Positions 27,093 through 40,714 of a DNA stretch of 64,000 nt are shown piece by piece; positions within the stretch are counted from its first letter, which is position 1; each line of letters opens with the position of its first letter. Source of the DNA: Lama glama (lineage: Eukaryota); the NCBI GenBank assembly GCA_028534125.1, contig CM052816.1, forward strand, positions 48,424,001 through 48,488,000, in the 5' to 3' direction. Both the position numbers and the translations under genes were made by a program. The notes beneath the pieces were generated by a model, which was not told where the DNA came from, ran no database searches, and saw only the letters and a program-made list of their open reading frames with translations.

Positions 27093-28434
27093 TTCACACT
27101 TCTAAGATGAGAAGTTCAGCTAAAATTGTATGGCTTTAAATCAAACTAGGCTGTTAAATCTAATTTAACATTATTCTAGTTAGCTTCTAGCTAATTAACC
27201 ACATGACGTTTTCATATATCCAAGATTCCAAATATATCCAGAAAATTATGTGTTGAATATGCTTATGTATTTTTAACCATTTTTATTGAGCTGTAAATTG
27301 CCTAGATTATCCTTATATTTACAGATAACTCTAGAACTATGAAATGTTTTGTTGTATATACTCTGACATCTTTTACTCCAACGCCAAAGACCTATCTTGC
27401 TCTTTTAAGCTCTTTTAAGACACCTGATAAATAAGTACTTCCAAGGTATGTGCTAAATCTAAAATATGTAGAAGCACTATGCTACTTTTAGAGTGGGGAA
27501 AGTATAGGATGTTATGACTTGCCCTTTTTCTTGAATAGGATATTCCTGTATGCCCCCAGACGCTGAACGTTTAAAACCTTCACTAATGTGGCAGGCTTCT
27601 GTTAGGGGTTTAATCTCCCACCTCTGACATGCATGTATCTTAACAGGGGACCCAGAACAGTCGCCACTTTTTGCTCCCTAGTTCTGACTAACATCATATC
27701 ATAAATAGAATCGACTTAACAGGAAAAATAGTAATCCTGATCTTAAAATTGTATCCCATTAAAAAGTAATGAGTTTATGTAAATAAAAAAGTTTTTCCAG
27801 CTTATTTTAAATTTTGCTTTCTTTAGTAGAAACATTCTCTCCTTCTCAGAGACATGATTCTTATTTGGTAATATGTATATATATATTTTTCGTTTTCCCC
27901 TTGGAATATCTTATATGAATACGTTCATGGATATGTCTTTGATAACCTCTGTACCTAGAGACATTTTGCTGTGCAAATAAATAAGTGTGAGATACATGTT
28001 GAGAAACTCTTCCGTGTACCAAATACAAATCTAATCTCAGTACAAATGGCAGCTGAGGCCATTATATTCGCAAGCTTCTCATTATTTAGTGCACAGTTTC
28101 TTTGTCCCATGAATTTTTTGACATACAGTATTTGGTTGGAGATACTATTCTTATCCATCTTTATATATGCAATTCACTGAAGCAGTACGCATACAGCATT
28201 GGCTTTTCTTATTATAGTGGTAAAATATGATCACTTTACCCAGGATGAATAACTCATCCCCCAATTATATTTTTATTATAGCTTTATTTTTATGACCATA
28301 GATACATACTATCATGCCAATTAAATGCAAATTTAGATCTTTAAAAATACTAATTTGTGCTATGCCAATTAAAGATTAAATTATAGGGAATAAAATAAGG
28401 AGGGCAGATGATTTTGTACTGGTATAGAGAAGAT

Positions 28435-28860
28435 CTGAAAGTTAGAGTTAGGTTTGGGTGCATGTAACAGAGGCTCCAGATATCAGTGGGTTAACCAAGA
28501 TCAAAGATTGCTTCTTTTTCTAGTAAATTCTGTATGTGATATTATTGTGTTTAGAGTGACAGAGCTGTTACACATAATTCTGAGGGTTTCAGATTCTAGG
28601 ATCCTGCTCTTACGTAGCAAGGGTATGGTTCTCATTCTCAAATGACATTCAAGATATATATTCATCTGTATCATCTAAATTTCTAAGAGAATGGAGGAGG
28701 GTTAGGGATAGGCAAAGGATTTATATGGGTTATAAGAAATTTTCCCACAATATTCCATATAGACACTTTAAAATTCTGTCTCAATAACCAGAACTTCATC
28801 ATATACACATATCTAGCACTGGAGAGTAAGGAAAATGTAGTTTTTAACTATGTGGCCAGT
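28435..28860 (-). mobile_element. Old MaLR LTR (MLT1I/J/K-like)
   Basis: 'ttaggtttgggtgcatgtaacagag...cagtgggttaaccaagat' and '...ccagaacttcatcatatacacatatctagc...ggaaaatgtagttttt'. Confidence 0.6.
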
Positions 28861-31800
28861 TATTCAGTAACAAATTATTTTGCCAAAGGAAAAAATAAAA
28901 AAAGGTCTGTAAGTTGGAAATGCAAGATGAAATTTGTAACTACTATTTAACTTCAGATATTCTAATCTCCATCTTGTTTGAAGCACATGGACATTCCAAA
29001 TAAGCAAATTATTTATTTCACTCTGAATAGTTAATTGTGTTCTTGTCTGGCTAGCTATTTTATAGAGGTACAGACTGAAAAGCAACATAATGAAGAAATT
29101 AAGTATTTTATAACAAAAGTACACTCCTTTCATTCTCTGTGTGATCAAAGCAGATAAAACCTGTAGGGACTGAAGTAAACAAGAGATGTTATAATCTCTA
29201 ATATGGTGTACCTTGTGAAATAAAAGTTTATAAAGCTAAAATCTAATAAAAGATTGTATTTGAGTGCTTTCTAAATATATCACTTCCTTTCTTTATATAT
29301 ATATTACTAACATTTTAAAGATACACATTTAAAGATATTTATCAATTTTAAAAAGCTATAATTTTTTGATTATTTTTATTTTTGCCTTGACAGATTTTCA
29401 TTCATATCACTTTTGAACTTCTAATGACCATCATAAATTCTTATTTATTCTTCCTTTATTTCCTTATTATTATTATATAACCATAATTTCCTATATCTCA
29501 TCAAAACACTGGTCTTTATTCAGCTAATTCATTTTCCTTTAATTTTACTATTAACTGACAAACAGCTAATGAAAAATGCCTTCACAATAAATTAGAATAT
29601 TTTTATCTAGATTATAAAATAAACATATTTTTATCATTGATTACAAAGGAATGATATATTTCATTTTTAATCTAATTTATTTGATTTCTAATGAATACTC
29701 AAATATTTTTGTCTACTTTTAAAGTATTATCCTGAATATTTTGTATCAAGTAACTTCTCTGATCTTTTTTAAACTTACACATAAAATAACCAATGATCAT
29801 CCACAGTGAATTACTTCAAATAACTAGTATTATATATAATGTTCTTCTCCTAACTAAAATTATATATACACAATGTTATTTTACATAAAATGTAATTATT
29901 TCAAATAACTAGCATTTTATATATGTATATAATGTTATTTACAGTAAAGCTTTAAAATTCTAATTGACTACTTTTGAAGGCAACAATAATTTGATAATTG
30001 CCTCAGTCATACAAATATTTGAGCATCACCTAAATTTACCACTGAAATACACCTGGTGTCAATCTAAGAATAAGATAAAGAACACCCAAAAGAGTAAATG
30101 GTTTAAAATGATGTATACATTATTGTGTGTTTGTTTCTATTAAATTTGTGAAAACCTGAAAAACTGTGTATTATAGTTGCAGATAGTTTCATAAATTAGT
30201 TTTCTAACTTGCATGTGTTTTTAAACAGGTTTTTTCTGAATGTAAAGTAAATTTTATTTGTTTATTAACTAATAGATAATTAGTTTTATATAAATTTGTC
30301 CAAAACGCATTTTTCTATAGAGTCACGGAGGTTCAGTTACTTTCCCAGTATTAGGGGATTTTCTTTGATACAGAAATTAGACATGAAGTTTTTGATCCCT
30401 AGTTTTCTTATGACTTTGTGACACTATATAATACTGAAAGACTAAAATAGATTGAATTGATAAATATAACAAAATACTAATAAGATAATATATATTTTAT
30501 GTCCATATATACATTTATAAATTTGTAATATATAACCAACATAAAGTATAAGGAGAAAAACCAGTAATTTTTAAGTAAAATTTTTCTTTGTAATATACTA
30601 GTAAGTTAAAAAGATAAGCACTAAGGTTAAACAAAACTTGTCAGAATAATACTCACACATTTTTCCTTATCTGTAAAGGAACAGTATCTAAGAATATAAC
30701 TAGAGTTTTGTATGTGCACACAGATTTTGCCTTCTCCACCAAAATGAACAAGAATTTCATTACTTCTTATTGGACAAATATCTATTAAAATATAAATATT
30801 TATTCTCAGGAAATAACCCAAAACAATTCATTTTGAATTAATCACTGAACATGAGTCAAATATTTAGCCTGTCTGAGAGGAAAAAGAAAGAAAAAAGAGA
30901 AAGCAGCTGTGTCCTTGACTTAAAATTGAGAGCCCATTGTTCACTACCACTATTCCCAAAGTACAGGCTCTATCACATTTTACATAGAAAGACTCATACC
31001 AATTTTCCCCTCAAGACTGTTTGTTCATGTCATCTATAAAAACTGTCAAGATAAATTGAAAATTTCAGAACATATGACATCTAAATACAATGGGAACGTA
31101 TTATGCTAGCTATTTCAACCTGTCATGTTATAAAAATTTCTACTCAAAAGCAGTGTTTTACTGGTAAGAGACAGATGAATGACAGCCACCTATGAAAACA
31201 TTCTGTTTTTTTTTAGTTTTGGCCTCTTCTTAATCATTTGTTCATCAAATTACATCATACAATTAAAGTTAAATGCATGTGTCCCATAAGCAAAATCTGT
31301 GGATGTGACATAGCTTTGAAATAATAACAACATAATTTTAACTAAAATACTTTTCTACTTACTTAGGTATTTGAAATTTACATATATATTTTAAGGTATC
31401 TGTATTTCTATGTACAACATTTGTTAGAGTGGTCAGTGGTGACCCTTATAAAATGTAACATTCTATTTTTGGAAATCTGACTTAATTGATATGGTTAAAA
31501 TGCCTCTGTTATCAATAACTTTTACAAAATTTGTTTATGATCAATTCTATGTCCCCTCTAATTCTTAAAGAGCAGAAAAAATTATCTGTCATATTTGGTC
31601 ACATAATAATTATTATTATATAATTAGTCTATAATAGAAAATTTTAATAGTTGAGATTATACAGTAGGAGAATTTCAGGGTTTTGGCTTAATATCTGTAT
31701 TAAAAATTAGGTTAAATGAGTAGAATATAGTATGTTCTTTTAATTTTTTTCAAAATTAATGTGGATCAGATATTATATATTAAACTTGTATACTTATTAT

Positions 31801-34274
31801 TTTTAGCAGTTTCTCCCTATATCAACTCATTTTCCAGATTGTTCCCTAAATTTTTTTTTCTTAAATATCGCTTTTCCTCTACTCTAAACTGTGACTTCAC
31901 TGATGGCAGAGATGAGATCTTTGCAGTTAGCACACCAGCCAGTACATCATGGTACATGCTCATAGGATTTTTACTCTATGCATAAGAGATGTAGTGTGCC
32001 GTATTAGAAGGATAGGCAAGTAATAAGCAATTGTTTTAATAGGACAAATAGATTTGAAGTGAAAAATAAAAAGAAAATATTCTATGAAAGTAGTAAATGT
32101 TATGAAAGAAAGGTGACCTAAGTTGATAAAATGGGTCAGTTCATCCATTGTAAACATATATGCATCAAATAACAGTGCCTTCAAAATATATGAAGCAAAA
32201 TTTGGTAGATCTAAAAGGAGAAAGAATAAAATGTTATATAAAAATAGTCAGAAACTTCTATAATTTACCTTCAACAATAGATAGAAAATCTAGACAGAAT
32301 ATCAACGAGGAAATAGAGAACTTGGAAAACACCAGAAATCAAGTAGACCTACTAAAACACTATATAATACCCAAAATAATGTAGTACACCAAATAGACAG
32401 GTGCACATGAAACGCTTTCCAGATAGACATTTATTAGACTACAAAGTAAGTGTCAATAAGTTTTTAAAAGATTCACATCATAAAAATACCTTCTCTGACT
32501 ACAAGATGAAGCTATAAATTAAAAAAGAAGAAATATAGAAAATTCACAAATATTGAGAAAGCAAACATCACACTCTATAAAACCAATAGGTCACAGAAGA
32601 AATTTCTGATATCAAAAGGGAAATTTAAAAATGCATTGTTTTGAATGAAAACAGAAGCTTAGCATATCAAACTTGTTTGATGCAGCAAATGAAATGCTAA
32701 GAAGTAAAATTATAGATTAAATGCCTAAATTTAAAAATGAAGAAAAATTTTAAACAAATAACTTAATATTACACCTTGAAGAACTAGAAAAAGAACAAAT
32801 TAAACGAAAAGCTTGCAGGAGGAAATAAATAATAAAAATCAGAGCAGAAAAAAATGAAATAGAAAATAAAATAATAAAATAGAGATAATTAACAAAACCA
32901 AATTAGCCATAGTGACTGAGGGAAAAAATAAAGAAGATACAAATGATTAAAATCAAAAGAAAGCTGAGGTAATTATGACTGACCCTACAAAAATAAAAAT
33001 GATTATAAGAAAGCACTATGACCAATTGTATGCCAATATACTGAATAACCTAGAGGAAATGGACAAATTCCCAGAAATACACAGAATTCTTAAACTGATT
33101 CAAAAAGAAATAGGATATCTGTGAATAGCTATAACAGATAGAGAATGAATCAGAAATCAAAAACTTTCTAACAGAAAAAAAGTACAGGTGTATTCTACCA
33201 ACATGTAAAAGGGAATTAACACTAATTCTTCTCAAACTCTTCCTAAAAAATAGAAGTGGAGAAAACATTTTCTAACTCATTATATGAGGTCAGCATTACC
33301 CTTATACCAAAGCCAGAAAAATACATCATAAACAAAGAAAACTACATCTATACTTTTAATAGTATAGATACAAAACTTCTAAATAAAACGCTAGCATTCA
33401 ATAGCATATTAAAAGGGTTATGTGCTATGGCTGGGATTTATTCCCAGAATGCAAAGTTGTCTCAACATAAGACAACCAGTCAGTGTAATATACTACATTA
33501 GCAGAGCAAGGAGAAAAAAAAAAAAACACATGATCAACTAAATTGAGGCAAAAATAACATTTGTCAAAATCCAACATGCTGCAAAGGGGAAAAAAAAAAT
33601 ACTAAGGAAACTAGCACTAGAAGGGAACTTCCTCAACATGATAAAGGAAATCTATGAAAAACCCACTGCTAACTTCATTTTCAATAATGAAATAATGAAA
33701 GATTGAAATGTTCTGCTATGAATAAGAACAGGAATAAGGGATAAAACACGAATGCACATTTCACCACTGCTTTCAACATTGTACTGGAAATTCTAGCTAG
33801 AATAATTAGATGTACAGACGAAAAGATGGAAGGAAAAAGAAAAAACATCCATTGTAAGAAAGAAGCAAAACCATCTCTATTCATAGATAGCATGATGCAT
33901 GATCCTACATAGAGAAAAATCTCAAAGAATAAAATACATATATATATTTTTTTTTTCTTAAATGACTCAAGCAAAGTTGCAGGGTACAAAATCAACACAC
34001 TTGTGTTTTTATACATCAGCAATGAACAATCTGAAAAGGAAAGTAAGGAAATATTTATTATATAATAACATTCAAAAAATACCTAGGAATAAATCTAAAC
34101 AAGACAGTGAAAGCCATGTACATTGAAAATCACAAAATCTTGCTAAAAGAAATGAAAGTATATCGAAATAAGTGGAAATACATCTCATATTTATGGGTTG
34201 AAAGACAATATTATTAAGATGGCAGTACTACCCAAGGCAATCTACAAATTGAATGGAATCTCTATGGTAAGTCT

Positions 34275-34421
34275 TTCTCCTTTTTTTTTTCTTTTTTTAT
34301 CTTTTTGTTGGGGGAACTAATTAGGTTTACTTACTTATTTTTGATGGAGGTACTGGGGATTGAACCCAGGACCTTGTGCATGCTAAGCACGCACTCTACC
34401 ACTGAGCAATACCCTCCTCCC
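34275..34421 (-). mobile_element. tRNA-Ala-derived SINE (camelid Vic-1-like) nested in L1
   Basis: Reverse complement: GGAGGGTATTGCTCAGTGGTAGAGTGCGTGCTTAGCATGCACAAGGTCCTGGGTTCAATCCCCAGTACCTCC followed by an A-rich tail. Shows an A box, AGC anticodon and B box GGTTCAATCC. TSD tctctatggtaagtct (34259-34274) / tctctatgataactct (34422-34437). Confidence 0.92.
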
Positions 34422-34839
34422 TCTCTATGATAACTCTAATGGCCTTTTTCCCAGCGATGGAAAAGCTGATTCCTAAATTAGAATAGAATTGCAAGGGGCC
34501 CCATATAACCAAAACAATATTGAAAATGAAGATCAAAGTTTGAGAACTCAACTTACCAATTTCAGAGCTTTCTACAAAGCTGCAATAATCAAAATAATAT
34601 TATACTGGCATAAGATTGGACATACAGACCGTTAGAATAGACTTGAGACTCCAGAAATAAACACATTTATGAATGGAAATTTTATTTAGGCAAAGATACC
34701 AAGGCCTTCAATGAGGAAAGAATAGTCTCTTCAAAAAGTGGATGAGAAAGCTCTATATCAACATACAAATAATGAATTTTGATTCTTACCTACACCGAAT
34801 GTTAAAATTAACTCAAAATGAATCAAAGACCTAAACGTT

Positions 34840-34878
34840 ATGTTCTAAAATTATAAAACATGTTCTAAAATTATAAAA
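34840..34878. repeat. 20-bp-period tandem duplication inside L1
   Basis: atgttctaaaattataaaa at 34840-34858 and 34860-34878. Confidence 0.9.
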
Positions 34879-35898
34879 ATTCTAAAAAGAAAGCATAGGG
34901 GAAGATTTCATGACATTGGATTTCACAATAATTTCTCAGATATGATACCAAAACTACAAGGAATGAAGGGAAATAAATTGGAGTTCATCAGATTTTAGGA
35001 GTTTGTATATCAGAGGACATTATCAGGAGAGTGAAAAGACATTCTGCAACAATAGAGATAATATGCAAATCATATATCTGCTAAGGATCTATTATCCAGA
35101 ATCTCCAAAAAATTTTTACAACTCAGTAACTAAAAGACAGTTCAGTTTTTAAAACCGGGCAAAGTACATGAATAGATCTTTCTCCAAAGAAGCCAACAAG
35201 CACATAAAAAGAATGTTCATCATTAATAGTCATTAGAGAATGAAAATTTAAAAACCATGAGGCTATACCACTTCACACCCACTAGGATCAAGATAATTTA
35301 AAAACACAGAAAATATGAAATGAAGTTTTGATGAAGATGTGGATAAAACAGCCCTCCTAATTTGCTGGTAAACATTGAGTCACCACATGACGCAACCATT
35401 CTACTTCCAGGTATATACCTAAAGAAATGGAAAGTGAGTAGTGAAATATTTCTACATGATTGTTTATAGCAGCAATAGTCACAATGGCCAAATAGACAAA
35501 CATCCAAACGTCTATCAGGGGATGAATTGATAAGCAAATTATGGCATATGCTTATAATGGAATATTAGCCATAAAAGGGATCACATGCTAATAAGTGTTA
35601 TAGTATGGCTAATCCTTGAAAAAATATTAAGTGAAAGAAGTGAGACACAAAGTGTTACGTATTATTTGATTCCAATTATATGAGTTTTCTGGAATAAGTA
35701 AATCCATAGAGATAGAAAGCAGATTGGTGGTTAACAAAGCCTCAGAATAGAGAGTAGGATGTGACTGGTTAATCAGTATTTCATTTTCTTTTGGAATGAT
35801 GAGAATGTTTTGAGACTAGACAGAGATAGTGATTATTCAACACTGTGAATGTATTAAATGGCATGGAATAACACACTCTAAAATATTTTTAAATGGTA

Positions 35899-36017
35899 GT
35901 AAGTTCTAGACAGCTGGTGTACCAATATTGTGCCCATAGTTAACAATACTCTATTGTTCATACTTAAAATTTTGTTAAGAAAGGTAGACCTCATGTTAAG
36001 TGTGCTTATCACAATAA
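35899..36017 (+). mobile_element. L1MA-type 3' terminal stub apparently nested in the older L1 3'UTR
   Basis: 'aagttctagacagctggtgtaccaatattgtgcccatagttaacaatact...ggtagacctcatgttaagtgtgcttatcacaataaaaa'. The host 3'UTR resumes after it ('tgattaattttatgtt'). Confidence 0.7.
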
Positions 36018-37061
36018 AAATGATTAATTTTATGTTCTGGTGAATTTCACTTAAATTTTTTAAAAACCATCCATTTTGTACCCCCTTTCTCTTAATATTT
36101 CTTTCTCATATTATAATGAATGTAAGCATCTTGGTGTTTTCCTGGGCTGTTCAAATCCACTACCAACTTAGATGACTCCTCCATTGTCTTTGTGACTCTG
36201 AAAAATAGTACTCTTCCTGCTACCATGCATGTTAAAGTGGGGAAGACTTCCCTCCCCAAACTCCAATAGTATGGGCTTGTGTACATAACTAATGTTCACA
36301 CAGTTAGGTGGCTCTGCCTTGAAGTCTGAATATAGAGCTAGTGCAGCAAAGATTAAAAAGACTGTTAGCATTCAATTATGGTCATTGGTGACAGAGTCGA
36401 TTAATGTTGGTATTCTATAGTAGCGAAGACAACATCTAGATAGGAATGTTTATGATAAACTATGGTGGGTTTTCTACTCCCTTTCTCCATTTTTAAAATT
36501 GCTCTCATTCATGAATTTCTTACAAATTTGGTCCTTCTTCATCCATGCAAATCTGTGAGTCTCCTAAATTCTTCAGTAAAATCGTAGTGTTAAGTCTCTG
36601 GGTATTGGGAGGTACGTGTGTGTCGCCACGTGTGGGCAGGGTGGGTGGTGGTAAATATAAACTCCCAATCAAACTTAGGTTAGTCAGAGTAGGTTTCTGT
36701 TGATTACAACTAAGACCTCTGACTGATATGTTTATGGTTATTTATTCATAGTTTCTTTTTCCTTTATGTGCACTCATATTTCCTATGTAATGAAAGTAGT
36801 ACTTAACTATTGAGATAGTTGATCTCCCTGAACTTTGGGAAGGAAAAGGTCTTAATACTTTAAGATTTTTGCCTAAGCCTTGTCATTTGTTATGAAACTC
36901 AGAAACAGTTTACATGCATCTTACTGTTTTGTTTTTAATATTGTTTTGGGCTTTCTTTAGAAGATTTTACACAGTTGGGAATATTTTAAAAACGTATAAA
37001 CTTTTCAAGTGAACTTTCTACTACTTGATTTTGGATGAATTTTGCATCATTTTTAGTATTC

Positions 37062-37302
37062 ATTTTTCCCTTCCAGCTTTATTGAAATATAATTGACAGA
37101 CAGCACTGTATAAGTTTAAGGTGTGTAGCATAATGATTTGACTTACTTATATCATGAAATGATTACCATCATGAGTTTCATAAACATCTATCAGCTCAAT
37201 ACAAAAGAAAAGAATATAGATACAAAAGAAAAGAAAAATTTTTTAAAAATTTGTGATCAGAACTCAGGATTTACTCTCTTACTACTTTCGTAGATAACAT
37301 AC
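37062..37302 (-). mobile_element. L1 3'UTR stub (L1MA9-like)
   Basis: 'cagctttattgaaatataattgaca...ctgtataagtttaaggtgtgtagcataatgatttgact...tgaaatgattacca...gtgatcagaactcaggatttactctctta'. Confidence 0.85.
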
Positions 37303-38974
37303 TCAGTATTTTTTAACATACTGAAAAAAGAAGAGAGTTCTCTCTCATTACAAATGTTTTCAGTGGACTACAGTGGAATTTAAGTTCATTAAAAAGTTAT
37401 ATGATATTTTATAATAAAAAATCTGTAAAAATTGATCCCTTGTTGACAACATTGAATTGGCATCCATGTAACACCATATTGCAGAGTATGTCACATGAGA
37501 CACATTATATATCTCATTGCCAACAAGCTGACATCTGGTTCATAACTTTTAGTGTTGGTGAGTCTGTCTCTTGGTAAAGCATAAATGCACTGAATCAAGT
37601 ACTAAAGAAGTACTGATTTGAAATTTCAAGGGAGAAGCACTCAAATGCCAAAGCTATTTTCTTTGTCATTAATTTCTCATTGTGTGTTTTTAAAAAATTA
37701 ATTGCTTTTATAACAGTAAGTTCAAATGGAAAAGCAACAGACTTAAATGCTGTTGAAGTATATAATACAAATTTTGGAAATGTAAAAATGTTGTTTGTAG
37801 ATGCTTACTTCCCTTGTAAGCAGTAATGAGTTTTCAGAGTAGTTCAATGTTAAAGAACTAGGAAAATCTCAGAAACTTATAGAATCATATGTTTTAATTA
37901 TTAATTGTAAGAAAACTGTTGTTCTTAATCATAATATATGAATCAACTATCAACATAATTATGCTTGCAAAACACAGCAGGTGTTTATGTTCCTTACAGG
38001 GTTCTTCTCATATCCTAATCCTACCTATTACAATACATCCAAGTTCTTGCATTTGAATAATTAAGAGCAGAGAGATCTTGTAGGTGGAAATATTCAGATT
38101 ATATATAACTAAATTATGCTGATGGTGTTTTCTTTGTGTCTTGAAAAAAGTGTATTGACATAAAATGAGGATGCAAAGAACTATAACTAAATGTAGATGA
38201 CAACAAAAATATCAGTAGCAACTTAAGAGCAAGTTTATCTAAGCTTCTTTGAAAATTAAAAATACTACTACCTAAACTCTTTGAATTCACCAATTCCATT
38301 AACTTTAGCATCAATATTTGATAAAGATCTTTCTGTAAATATACTGTAATCAAGCAGTATAAGTCCAAGTAACAGGGTTTTGTTGGTGGTAGTCATGCTG
38401 TTGCTGAGTTTCTTCATTCCTCCAATTATTTATGCATGCGGTTACATGTGCATATGATTAAATAATGATTCACATTTCTAGTGATATCCTGTATGTAAGT
38501 GGTATCGCATTATACTAATAGTGTATGTTAGCTTGGAAGAATGGCACTCTGTTTCCTCCTGAAAAACTATGAATCATATTTGAGAAGGAAATATTGAGTA
38601 TGCAGGTTAATTTGTCAGTTTAGATAATAGCATCTTTTGGCTCAAATTTGAAGTTTGTTCAGTTTCTTATATGTTATAATTTTTCATAAACACACAAATA
38701 ACTAACATTCTAGAAATATCAAATTATTCATGGATGAGGAAGGAAATTAGGTTTTCCCTAAAGCATTTTTTGAAATTGTGAACACACTCATTTAACTGGT
38801 CTGGTTCAGCAGAAAGATTTTACTAGATTAAGAACTGCACTTAGAACTTGAGAAATTGACTTCACAGAAGGCACTGGAGTAATCTGAATTCAGATTTTTC
38901 AGCTCCTCAAGTGGTACTGACTGAAATGTGTTTCCCAGTTAACATCTACAGATTGAGTAGAATGTCTTTGTTTT

Positions 38975-39345
38975 TGGCACATGGTATCAAAATCTTTTGG
39001 GTTGTAAAAATGCAGATTCTTGGACTGAGCTATTCTAATTCATCATTATCTCTGGGAGTGGGGTCTGGAAATACATTTTTTAATACTTTATTTATTTATT
39101 TATTTATTTTTATTGAAGTATATTCAGTTTACAATATTGTGTCAATTTCTGGTGTGCAACATGTTCCATTCATACATATGTGTACATATTTTCATTTTCA
39201 TATTCTTTTTCATTATAAGTTCCTAAAAGATATTGAATAGAGTTCCCTGTGCTATACAGTATAAACTTGTTGTTTATTTTATATGTAGTAGTTAGTAATA
39301 CATTTTAATTATCACCCTGATGAAACTTACGCACATTTGATGAAT
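38975..39345. mobile_element. MER5-like hAT-Charlie MITE split by an L1 stub
   Basis: 'ttgtaaaaatgcagattcttgg...tctctgggagtggggtctggaaatacatttttaa' resumes after the insert as 'aatacattttaattatcaccctgatga...acgcacatttga'. Confidence 0.65.
39084..39296 (-). mobile_element. Artiodactyl-type L1 3'UTR stub with (TTTA)n tail and TSD
   Basis: Similar to 49480-49670. Flanked by aatacatttttaat (39070-39083) and aatacattttaat (39297-39309). Confidence 0.88.
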
Positions 39346-40470
39346 ATTTACCTAAAGATTTAGTACCTGCATGATACATGTTGAACAATAATTTCATTCC
39401 TGTCGATATCAAATTCTGTGTCAGTCGGATCTGGAACATATACTTCTTCTGGAATTACTGTCATTGATTTATGGAATGTCATGTACTTACAGACATGTTT
39501 TTAAGATACAATGACTCTTAGAAAGTCAAGAATTTAGGACTGGTAGAACCACAAGAGTGTGACCTATTAACTGCCCAGTTCCTTGTGAGCTAGTAACTGT
39601 CCAAAAACATGTAGTAAGGACCAATATGGGTCAACAACAATATCCAGATATGTCAGAGAGAGTAGAAATGCTTAGAACTGGATTTTGTGGTTCTCTGTCT
39701 GGTATGAAACTCTATACAGTCAAAGCTAGGGTGACGTTGTCCAACAGCAAGTAAAACGGAACCCAGGGCATAGTTTTAGTCCTCCAGTTGTGGAAGACAG
39801 AATGATATATGGCATGTTGTTATAGTATCATGTAACTGATAATTCATGATTATGTGAATTAAGCCAACTAAAAATAATGGAAAATATGTCATTCAAAGAT
39901 AGTATAGATTTTTCAAGAGATCCTTTGGTAACTAAACAGGGAATTTACATGAAGGATGTGCTTAGATTCTACTTGTGAATCTGATGTTCTTAGCACATTG
40001 CCAGGTTTAGTCTAATTTGATTCAAGTGGTATTTAGAATTGACAAGCTTGGGCCCCTGTAGCTGAGTAAGACCAAGAAAGCAGAGACTGGCAGGTAGCTT
40101 TGTTGTTAGGTAATTAGTTAGAACTTGGAGTATATTTACTAGTAGTGACAATGTCATGAACAATGGCTATATATAGTTCAATTCATTTCCTTTTAACAAA
40201 TACTGTTCAGTGTTTACACTGTGGCAGATGCCCTCAGACCCTCCAGATAATAACACAGAATAAAGCACAGGTTCTGTTCCTATCAAGTCACAGGTGGTTA
40301 CAGGGTATTCTAGATTAGCTATATGAGTTCTCTTAGTATTGAGTTTAAAATACCTTCATGAATTTAAAAAAAAAAAATCTTTGATGTGCTGACCTGGGTT
40401 GTATCATAGGAAAGCAAATGTGTTCTACATTCTTAATGATCATCCCACACAGAAATTAGAAAATGGCCTT

Positions 40471-40714
40471 TTTATAAAATGATGCCTGTTTGTAGCAAAA
40501 ACAATTATTATTTTTCTATTTTATTTATTAGTAAATACAAGCATATACTGATAAATACATGAGAAATTTGTTATGGTGCTTATGTCCTTGATAATTTATA
40601 AAATGATGCCTGTAGCAAAAACAATTAGTATTTTTCTATTTTATTTATTAGTAAATACAAGCATATATTGATAAATACATGAGAAATTTGTTATGGTGCT
40701 TATGTCCTTGATAA
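40471..40714. repeat. Head-to-tail tandem duplication, 124 bp + 120 bp
   Basis: Copy 1 is 40471-40594 and copy 2 is 40595-40714. They differ by a 4-bp indel (tgtt) and two substitutions (40508 t / 40628 g; 40548 c / 40668 t). Confidence 0.97.

Larger units (their letters stand above)
32020..36065 (+). mobile_element. ~4 kb decayed LINE-1 (L1MB-like), from within the ORF2 endonuclease domain to the 3'UTR
   Basis: EN-like 'NIYASN..KYMKQNLVDLKGE', then 'NSLYEVSITLIPKPEK' and 'NSIDTKLLNK'. The RT motif is decayed to 'PSLFIDSM' (~33870-33895). Typical 3' end. Many stops. Confidence 0.92.

Noticed and set aside
34345..34421. Functional tRNA-Ala gene (also 48345-48422)
   Set aside because: The first copy has an A-rich tail and TSD and sits inside an L1. 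Both copies have mismatched stems. They are SINEs, not tRNA genes.
37985..38070. Splice acceptor-like 'tgttccttacag|g'
   Set aside because: All three downstream frames stop within about 65 nt, with no good donor.
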